DNA of 32,000 nucleotides from assembly GCF_014280195.1 (NCBI RefSeq), contig NZ_CP047960.1:2250001-2282000 (forward strand), given 5' to 3'. A program made the translations under genes and the position numbers. Source of the DNA: Synechococcus sp. A15-24. Its GTDB lineage: Bacteria; Cyanobacteriota; Cyanobacteriia; PCC-6307; Cyanobiaceae. The notes under the pieces were generated by a model that saw nothing but the letters and a program-made list of their open reading frames with translations, searched no databases and had not been told where the DNA came from. Positions 8,697 through 15,194 of this stretch are shown here, piece after piece. Numbering within the stretch: the stretch's first letter is position 1; every line of letters begins with the position of its first letter.

Positions 8697-9020
8697 ATGA
8701 ATGAAGAATCAGCAAAAAGTAACGAAGGCCAAGATATTTTTTCACAATTAATGAAAGAAGTAAGTACTCTTGCTTTATTAAAAGAATCAGGTGCAAGTAT
8801 TATTCAAGGAAAGATTTTAATAATTATCGTTGGAATTGAAAAGGATGGAGAATTTTTAAAGGGCAATGAGATACAACCTAAACATTGCAATATAAGCAAT
8901 GAAGAAGAATTCCAAGAATTTATTAAAGGTAATTACAAAAATGTTGATACGTTATATGTAAGATACTTTAGACCCGGAGACATAGAATTAAGTGAAATTA
9001 CTAAATACATAATAAAATAA
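8697..9020 (+). CDS. hypothetical protein (107 aa from ATG 8697)
   Basis: This is the only long ORF in this interval. TATAAT-like boxes lie upstream at 8648-8672. There is no recognisable motif. Confidence 0.4.
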   Translation: MNEESAKSNEGQDIFSQLMKEVSTLALLKESGASIIQGKILIIIVGIEKDGEFLKGNEIQPKHCNISNEEEFQEFIKGNYKNVDTLYVRYFRPGDIELSEITKYIIK

Positions 9021-9060
9021 AAGAGCTACTTTAGGCAAGTTAAATAAACACAAAGTGTAA

Positions 9061-9927
9061 CTAAGAAGACTCCTCAACTGCTCTTGTTTCGCGTAGGAGA
9101 TGATCCTCAAGTTGGAGTTTGATATCAATGAAGAGAGAATCTTTTTCTATAATATTACGGATTCTGGGCCTTGGCAAAGGGACATCTATAATATCTGCAA
9201 TATTTGCAGATGGTCCACTTGACATAAGCACAATTTTGTCAGACATTAATAATGCTTCTTCAATACTGTGTGTAATTAAAAGAGCTGTGACTCTATTTTT
9301 CTCCCATATTTTTAACACTTCTTCTTGCAAATAGGACCTTGTAAGGGCATCAAGGGCTCCAAAAGGCTCGTCCATAAGTAACATAGACGGATTAATAGAC
9401 AAAGCTCGTGCAATAGCAACTCTCTGCTTCATACCACCTGAAATTTGCTTTGGAAACTTGTTCATTGAGCGTTCTAACCCAACCATATTCAAAAAGTATC
9501 TGGCTTTTTCACGCCTCTGTGAGGTACTTAGTTCTGGACAGGCCGTCTCTAAGGCATATTCGATGTTGCCTGCGGCGGTAAGCCAGGGCATCAGTGCGTA
9601 GTTCTGAAAAATTATGCCTCTGTCTGGACCAGGGCCAACCAGTGGCTTGCCTTCGATGAAAATTTCACCAGACGTGAAATCATCTAATCCTGCTAAAAGA
9701 TTCAAAAGCGTTGATTTACCACAGCCTGAAGGGCCAATCAAAGAGACAAAAGTGTTCTTTTTAATATCAAGATTTATACCTTCAAGAGCAATATAGTTCT
9801 CAGTTTTTTTGTTAAAAAGAGAAGGTCGAGAAATTGGGAAAACTTTTCTTAGATTTACAATTTCAACATGAGATTCATGTTCCTTGTAAGAAATGGAATC
9901 AGCTGAACTGGGAGCAGATTTAGTCAT
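9061..9927 (-). CDS. cynD: NitT/TauT-family ABC transporter ATPase, probable cyanate transporter component
   Basis: Walker A GPSGCGKST, signature ISGGMKQR, Walker B LLMDEP. A single-ATPase operon next to cynS fits the cynABD type rather than nrtABCD. Confidence 0.8.
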   Translation of the reverse strand: MTKSAPSSADSISYKEHESHVEIVNLRKVFPISRPSLFNKKTENYIALEGINLDIKKNTFVSLIGPSGCGKSTLLNLLAGLDDFTSGEIFIEGKPLVGPGPDRGIIFQNYALMPWLTAAGNIEYALETACPELSTSQRREKARYFLNMVGLERSMNKFPKQISGGMKQRVAIARALSINPSMLLMDEPFGALDALTRSYLQEEVLKIWEKNRVTALLITHSIEEALLMSDKIVLMSSGPSANIADIIDVPLPRPRIRNIIEKDSLFIDIKLQLEDHLLRETRAVEESS

Positions 9928-10703
9928 AAATCGTAATTGAATCGAAGTTGCAAAATCTCAAAGATTTGATCCAGTACATAACCAGTTATACCTATGATTA
10001 TAATTGCTACAAATATGTTAGCTACATATAAATTGTTCCATTCATTCCATATAAAATATCCGATACCCGTGCCTAGAAGCATTTCAGCAGCAACTATTAC
10101 AAGCCATGCTGTACCCATTGAAATTCTCATCCCAGCTAAAATATTTGGCATTACTGCAGGTAAGATGACTTTGGTAATGGTATTAGTTTTGGAAGCACCT
10201 AATGACTTTGCAACTTTTAAGACATCAGAATCTACAGATTGAACACCAATTGCGGTATTAATTAAAGTCGGCCAGATGCTTGTAATAAAAATGACAAAAA
10301 TACCGGTAACTTCTGAATTTCTAAATACGAATAAGCCAATGGGCAGCCAGGCAAGCGGTGAGACCGGTTTCAGTAGTTGTACATAAGGATCAACAGAAGA
10401 CTTAACGGTTTTGGAAACACCAACAAAGAGACCGAGTGGAATTGCAACAACCATTGCAAGTGTGTAACCAATTAGAACTCTTCTTAAGCTTATAAGTAAA
10501 TTAAAACCAATACCTAAATCGTTAGGACCGTTATCAAAAAATGGATCTGATATCCACCATAATAATTCCTGAAAGGTCTTTAAAGCCCCTGGAAAATTAG
10601 GAATTAAATTGGCACTGGCTATAATTTCCCAAACAACGCAAAAAGAAAGGAGACTAGATCCTGAGATCAGTAACGATCTCAGGATTGTTGACTTTGTAGA
10701 CAT
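9924..10703 (-). CDS. cynB: NitT/TauT-family ABC transporter permease, probable cyanate transporter component
   Basis: 259 aa polytopic permease. It overlaps cynD by 4 nt and starts 5 nt after cynA. Confidence 0.8.
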   Translation of the reverse strand: MSTKSTILRSLLISGSSLLSFCVVWEIIASANLIPNFPGALKTFQELLWWISDPFFDNGPNDLGIGFNLLISLRRVLIGYTLAMVVAIPLGLFVGVSKTVKSSVDPYVQLLKPVSPLAWLPIGLFVFRNSEVTGIFVIFITSIWPTLINTAIGVQSVDSDVLKVAKSLGASKTNTITKVILPAVMPNILAGMRISMGTAWLVIVAAEMLLGTGIGYFIWNEWNNLYVANIFVAIIIIGITGYVLDQIFEILQLRFNYDL

Positions 10704-10708
10704 ACAGT

Positions 10709-12388
10709 CTATACACCGTCCCTATCAATTTGTTTGCTGACATAGCCCAACGGATCAGTAGGGTCAAAACTGTCGTATGCAAGCTTCTCAGTCTTGAACG
10801 AACGGGAGGGAGGATTGAACCCCAACTCCCTCTCCAAAGATTGAGCTTCATTTGTTAGGAATATTGCGGCACTATTAGCATTAAAGTCACCAGCTTTAAT
10901 TGCGTCAGCAGCTCCTCCAAGGTCCCATCGTACAAGTTGAGACTGAATCCAATGTGAAAAGCTCTGCCAAGGATAAGGTTTAAAATCTATTCTGTCAGGG
11001 ACATTTTTCTTATTGCCCAAGCCGTCATCGAACTTGCCTGTCAAAACAGCTTCAACGACTTTAGTCGGTTGGTTTAGAAAGGCGCGGCCAGAAATGTATT
11101 TCGCAATTTCAGATCTGTTAGTAGGATTTGTTGCATAATTCGCAGCTTCAATAATAGATTTATTGATGGCTTTAAAAGTATTTGGATGCTTATTAATCCA
11201 GGGTTCTCCCGCAGCGAAAGCGCAGCATGGATGACCAACCCAGAGATCCTTAGTTAGAAGGTGAATAAAACCAACACCTTCAAACACAGCTCTCTGATTA
11301 AATGGATCAGGCATCAAATATGCATCGATATCACCTGCAACCATCTGGGCAACACTGTCCGGTGGTGGTACAGGGCGAATTTGTACATCCTTGTCAGGAT
11401 CAACTCCACCCTTAGCGAGGTAATATCTAAGTAGTAAATTATGCATCGAGTATGGGAATGGTACTCCGAATACAAAGCCTTTCATGTCTGCGGCAGATTT
11501 AACTTTATCCTTGTGGCGATTAGCTACAGTTATTGCTTGTCCGTTGATATTTTCAATACTGGCTAGTTTGACGCTGAATGGAGAAGTTCCCAATCCCAAA
11601 GTCATAGAGATAGGCATTGGTGCGAGCATGTGATAAGCATCAAGCTCACCTGCAATGGCCGAATCGCGAACAGCTCCCCAACTTGGCATTTTCACAACCT
11701 TACATTTCAACCCATTAGATTTATAAAAACCCATAGGTTCTGACATGATTATCGGTGTTGCACATGTAATTGGAATGAATCCAATCTTCAAGTTAGTTTT
11801 CTCTAATTTACCGCCGGCATGACCTGCTGCATGAGCATCTTGAGTATCTAATCCTGCACTATTGGCAATTGTTATCATGGCCGCACCAGCAGCCAATCCT
11901 TTGAGAAATGACCTTCTTCCAAAAGGGGAACTAGAGTGAATAGAGGCGAAGAATTCACCTGCTTGAGGACCAAAAGCTGCTGCCATCGCTTGGTCTAATC
12001 CACCGGCTTCTTCAGCTAGTGCCCGCAAAAGCTTTTCCTTGGCAGGATCACCTTGAGAAGCGTTCTTATAAAAAAGAATTTCTCTAAGCTCCGCTGATGA
12101 AACAGCCTCAGCGACTTCTACAGCATCGGCTTTAATCAAACCCATTTTATAAAAATCATCCATCAAATCCTCAGGATCTGAAGGCATATCTTCGGTAAAA
12201 TCTTGATGATCTGGGCTAAATGGCCGGCACTCTACACAGAAGCAAAACAAACCATGACCGGTTTGGGGTTGAAAGGAAGGAGAACTTGATGTAGCTTCCG
12301 TAGTGCTATTACATTGAAGCTGTGACTTAAGAATCTCAGCGGCAGTCTGAGTAGTTGTGGATGCATGCGAGGTGAAAAGATTCGCCAC
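10709..12388 (-). CDS. cynA: NrtA/CynA-like periplasmic substrate-binding protein with a consensus Tat signal preceded by a long N-terminal extension
   Basis: GRRSFLKGLAAGAAMITIANSAG has RR at residues 158-159, followed by AHA|AG. An NrtA/CmpA/CynA-like body follows (KIGFIPITCATP ... YHMLAPMP). The GTG start at 12388 lies 22 nt downstream of a -10 box that is correctly spaced from a perfect NtcA box. Confidence 0.8.
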   Translation of the reverse strand: MANLFTSHASTTTQTAAEILKSQLQCNSTTEATSSSPSFQPQTGHGLFCFCVECRPFSPDHQDFTEDMPSDPEDLMDDFYKMGLIKADAVEVAEAVSSAELREILFYKNASQGDPAKEKLLRALAEEAGGLDQAMAAAFGPQAGEFFASIHSSSPFGRRSFLKGLAAGAAMITIANSAGLDTQDAHAAGHAGGKLEKTNLKIGFIPITCATPIIMSEPMGFYKSNGLKCKVVKMPSWGAVRDSAIAGELDAYHMLAPMPISMTLGLGTSPFSVKLASIENINGQAITVANRHKDKVKSAADMKGFVFGVPFPYSMHNLLLRYYLAKGGVDPDKDVQIRPVPPPDSVAQMVAGDIDAYLMPDPFNQRAVFEGVGFIHLLTKDLWVGHPCCAFAAGEPWINKHPNTFKAINKSIIEAANYATNPTNRSEIAKYISGRAFLNQPTKVVEAVLTGKFDDGLGNKKNVPDRIDFKPYPWQSFSHWIQSQLVRWDLGGAADAIKAGDFNANSAAIFLTNEAQSLERELGFNPPSRSFKTEKLAYDSFDPTDPLGYVSKQIDRDGV

Positions 12389-12410
12389 AAATCTGGTTCA
12401 TAGTTCCATA

Positions 12411-12453
12411 TTTATAGTTGGAAAGTGAACGCGGATGTTGTATCAAGTGATAC
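12411..12453 (-). promoter_or_regulatory. NtcA-activated (class II-like) promoter of the cynA operon
   Basis: The minus strand reads GTATCACTTGATAC (12453-12440; GTA-N8-TAC). A 23-nt spacer follows, then TATAAA(T) (12416-12411), then 22 nt to the GTG at 12388. Confidence 0.65.
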
Positions 12454-12642
12454 TCATAGCAAAATTTGTCAGAATTGTCTCACTTGCTACATTAAATGGC
12501 TGTTCAATTTATTAGAGAGAAAGGTAATTCTCCAGATAAAATTTGTTGGATGTCCTAAACAGTGTGCGCTTAAACTTAAAATTATACTTATTGCAACAAT
12601 GAGTGAATCTTTATTATTGGGAATTTATTATATTTGAGAGAA

Positions 12643-12659
12643 GATCTGCTGCGCAGATC
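12643..12659 (-). terminator. possible terminator between tatA and the cynA promoter
   Basis: GATCTGC-tgc-GCAGATC is a GC-rich 7-bp stem (or 6 bp with a 5-nt loop) in AT-rich DNA. It lies 13 nt after the tatA stop. On the minus strand it is followed by TTCTCTC. Confidence 0.4.
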
Positions 12660-12672
12660 AATCGCCTTAAGA

Positions 12673-12879
12673 TTAAAGGGTATCTTCATTAGGATCTTTG
12701 TCCTCCAAGACAACTACATCAATTTCTTTCTTAAATTCATCAGAGGCGGATCTAAAACCGCCCAAATATTTAGCCAAATATTTTCCAACTTTGGGCAAAC
12801 TATTAGGCCCTAAGACTAATAAAAAAGAAATAAGGCATATAATTAGTAGCTCAGGAAAACCTAATCCAAAAAAGCTCAT
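12673..12879 (-). CDS. tatA: TatA/E-family twin-arginine translocase subunit, divergent paralog
   Basis: The sequence is MSFFGLGFPELLIICLISFLLVLGPNSLPKVGKYLAKYLGGFRSASDEFKKEI... This is the typical TatA layout: a TM helix, a hinge Gly, then an amphipathic helix. The usual FGPKKLP motif reads LGPNSLP here. Confidence 0.8.
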   Translation of the reverse strand: MSFFGLGFPELLIICLISFLLVLGPNSLPKVGKYLAKYLGGFRSASDEFKKEIDVVVLEDKDPNEDTL

Positions 12880-13287
12880 TTGTGATTGACCGCTAATTTA
12901 TTATAGCTGTGCCGTTAAGATCATCAAGTTGATTTTAGACATATTTAAGATTACCAATTTTGCTTTTGTAAGATTACTATCGAACGGTATACGTGCATAA
13001 TGTAAAGTCATGCAGTAAACAATATAATAAATTGATTTACAAGCAATCAATTAGCTGGCACATTCTCCTAATATTCGGCCTCAAAAGTATATGATCGTTT
13101 GTGGTATTCTCTTAATTCATTGCTTTTTTAACCACTCAGACTTCAAAATAGTATAAGGATATATAACTTTATCTCAAATGCCTTATTACAATCAAAAAAG
13201 AGTCGAGTTCTGGTTGGTACAGACGTGAAAGTAAAATACTGACAAGTTGATAGAAAATCGTAATTGTTATCCGACAACGAATTCTTA

Positions 13288-13301
13288 GTAGAACTGGATA
13301 C
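13288..13301. promoter_or_regulatory. second perfect GTA-N8-TAC (NtcA-type) box, orphan within a long spacer
   Basis: The box is GTAGAACTGGATAC. No well-spaced -10 lies on the plus side. On the minus side TACGAT sits 25 nt away (13262-13257). About 0.2 such boxes would be expected by chance in this spacer. Confidence 0.3.
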
Positions 13302-13390
13302 CATTTAATTACAATTAATGAAGTTTAGATAAATTCAGCATACATCATTTGTCTAGAGCGAGTATTAATCATTTACCTATGTAACCATAA

Positions 13391-13549
13391 ATGAAAAATC
13401 ATACGCTCAGATTCAGCAAGCCTAAAATAGGGAAAATGATATGTGATATATTCATACGATACCAAGACTATATAGTAGACTTGTTGTGTTCGTTTCTACA
13501 CAATGAAGAATTACATCTTGAAATCAAAAAAACTACTTACGCTAAATAA
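13391..13549 (+). CDS. possible 52-aa upstream ORF ending 2 nt before the HEAT-repeat gene
   Basis: Hand translation: MKNHTLRFSKPKIGKMICDIFIRYQDYIVDLLCSFLHNEELHLEIKKTTYAK*. It is below the track cut-off. I recognise no family. Confidence 0.2.
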   Translation: MKNHTLRFSKPKIGKMICDIFIRYQDYIVDLLCSFLHNEELHLEIKKTTYAK

Positions 13550-13551
13550 CC

Positions 13552-14277
13552 ATGAAGGATACTGAATCAGATCTGTGGGAGAGACTCGGCAATTCACGTA
13601 AGGTTCCCTTGGATCCTTGTTGGTTAGAAAATGTCTATTCGCCCAACCTTGCTACTGATCTGCGGCTAGCTCTCTGTGAAAAAATGGGTATGCTTGCAGA
13701 TCGTGGCTGGCCTATTATTGAACATTTACTGCAACGCTATGGCGACATGCCTGATTTGGTGATGGCCGCAGGACTCTGCCATCAAATTGAGGCCCGTGAA
13801 TGGTTACTGGAATTGCTCAAGCGCAGCAATTATAATGAAAAACTTCAACTAACTGCAGTTCAATCGCTTGGTTGTTGGGGTGCTGAAGTTCCCGAAGCAA
13901 TCGTCACTCATTGCTTACATCATCCTGGTCAAAATTTTCGACTCGCTGGTCTTCAATTGCTGGAATTTCGCTCACACCTTCTAACAGATCACCAACTCTT
14001 GGATTACTGTAATGAAGCACTCAACGATTTTCGGGATTCAGTTGTTATTGCAGCAATCCGTATAATTCAGCGTCGTGACAGTAAAGAAATCTGCAAACAA
14101 TTATTTTGTTTGTGTCAAGAAGACTCTCACGAAGTCGCATTTACCGCACTCCGTGCTCTTAGCTGTATAGCATCCGAAAATAGCAAAAGATATCTACTGA
14201 AACTTAGTAAAACCCTAAAAAGTGAATCAAGACGATTATTAGCCCAAAAAAAACTTAACGAACAGTTTAGATCTTAA
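13552..14277 (+). CDS. HEAT/PBS-lyase-like repeat protein, function unknown
   Basis: 241 aa, all-helical, with repeated units such as ...LTAVQSLGCWG..., ...RLAGLQLLEF..., ...VIAAIRIIQ... and ...AFTALRALSC... GC is intermediate (about 42%). Confidence 0.5.
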   Translation: MKDTESDLWERLGNSRKVPLDPCWLENVYSPNLATDLRLALCEKMGMLADRGWPIIEHLLQRYGDMPDLVMAAGLCHQIEAREWLLELLKRSNYNEKLQLTAVQSLGCWGAEVPEAIVTHCLHHPGQNFRLAGLQLLEFRSHLLTDHQLLDYCNEALNDFRDSVVIAAIRIIQRRDSKEICKQLFCLCQEDSHEVAFTALRALSCIASENSKRYLLKLSKTLKSESRRLLAQKKLNEQFRS

Positions 14278-14322
14278 AGCCCAATGACAATTGGACTATA
14301 GATAAGTCGAAAGCCTAAGTTT

Positions 14323-14757
14323 TTACCATTTCTTGTAGGGTAAAAACTTACCACACATTACAATTTTGACACGATCACCTTTAGGGTCCACAACTTTATC
14401 GACATCTATAGTGAAATCAATAGCACTCATAATTCCATCTCCGAAATGCTCCTGAATTACATCTTTCAGAGGCATGCCATACACCTGCATGATCTCGTAA
14501 AAACGATAAATCAAAGGATCAGTGGGAATCACTGGCTCAAGGCTTCCCTTGGTTGGGTACTCCTGCAGTGCCGCTGTTGTTTCTGCATCAAGGGATAACA
14601 AACCAGCAAGTTTCTCGGCCTCCTCCTTCGAGGCCGTCGCTTGGCCATAGAACAAAGATGCAACCCAAACCTCATCGAGACCAATAGCCGCCTCGAGATC
14701 AGCAAAACTCATACCTTTGGCCTTTTTGGCGGCCATCAACGTGGCTGTTAAAGACAT
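14323..14757 (-). CDS. cynS: cyanate hydratase (cyanase)
   Basis: Translation from ATG 14757 gives [40 protein letters not shown]... The C-terminal cyanase domain follows: [38 protein letters not shown]. The 10 extra codons in the track look like read-through upstream of the true ATG. Confidence 0.95.
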   Translation of the reverse strand: MSLTATLMAAKKAKGMSFADLEAAIGLDEVWVASLFYGQATASKEEAEKLAGLLSLDAETTAALQEYPTKGSLEPVIPTDPLIYRFYEIMQVYGMPLKDVIQEHFGDGIMSAIDFTIDVDKVVDPKGDRVKIVMCGKFLPYKKW

Positions 14758-15194
14758 AACGGTTAAGCGAACAATGAACTGCCTCAAAGCAGCATTCCAG
14801 ATCGGAACGTCTCAGCAGCATCGTAAGTGTCACCCAGCAGATGCACTCAAAATGCAGCAACGGCGACCAAATCAATTCATCGTTTTGATGCATCGCATAC
14901 AACAGACACGTTCCCGTGACGCTGCAACAAAAAAACTATATTACAATTATATGGTTCAGCTCTTTCGGGAAAGCTCGTCGTTGTTGTTCAGCCAACAATT
15001 GCAAGCAAAACCGGCCATCAACCTCGCCCTCGAGCGTCTGTACTACGCCGATGGTCGTCACAACCCCGACCATCCCCGGCACGGCAGCTTCGATGGACTG
15101 AATGTCCTGCCACAAAGCTAGGACGATTAGTATCAATCACTACGTTCACGGAGTCCGGCACTCCTGAACACTTCGCTCAGCTGAAGGGACATCT

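Larger units (their letters stand above)
131..15000. other. AT-rich compositional island (~14.8 kb) carrying nitrogen- and zinc-acquisition genes; no recognisable mobility genes
   Basis: Hand GC counts on 60-nt lines. Inside the block: 27% (2341), 37% (10021), 38% (4321), 35% (6841), 33% (11701), 42-45% (nirA), 40-47% (14821-14941). Outside it: 60% (15001) and 73% (17041). Third-position G/C is about 44% in nirA and 43% in the HEAT gene, against about 80% at the start of ppk. Confidence 0.8.

Noticed and set aside
14887-14900. GATGCATCGCATAC upstream of cynS, as a possible NtcA site.
   Set aside because: Only the TAC half matches, since the other half is GAT rather than GTA. No convincing -10 lies at the right spacing, and the site is about 130 nt from the ATG. 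It is too weak to call.
468-14902. Short ORFs in the AT-rich block that overlap or oppose the called genes. Examples: 468-710, 742-966, 1339-1944, 2752-3234, 3771-4070, 4642-4884, 5611-5796, 6914-7114, 7465-7769, 8086-8484, 8587-8796, 9119-9796, 9994-10242, 10654-10851, 12425-12637, 12698-12889, 14699-14902.
   Set aside because: All are 60-130 aa, nested in or antisense to genes with clear family motifs. They have low-complexity or hydrophobic shadow translations.
14717-15136. ORFs in the cynS / TrpD-like intergenic region: 14717-15121 (+), 14916-15101 (+) and 14936-15136 (-, 66 aa).
   Set aside because: They are mutually overlapping and straddle the compositional boundary, and none has a motif. 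The minus-strand 66-aa ORF has somewhat protein-like composition but starts with TTG and has no supporting signal. I left them unannotated.
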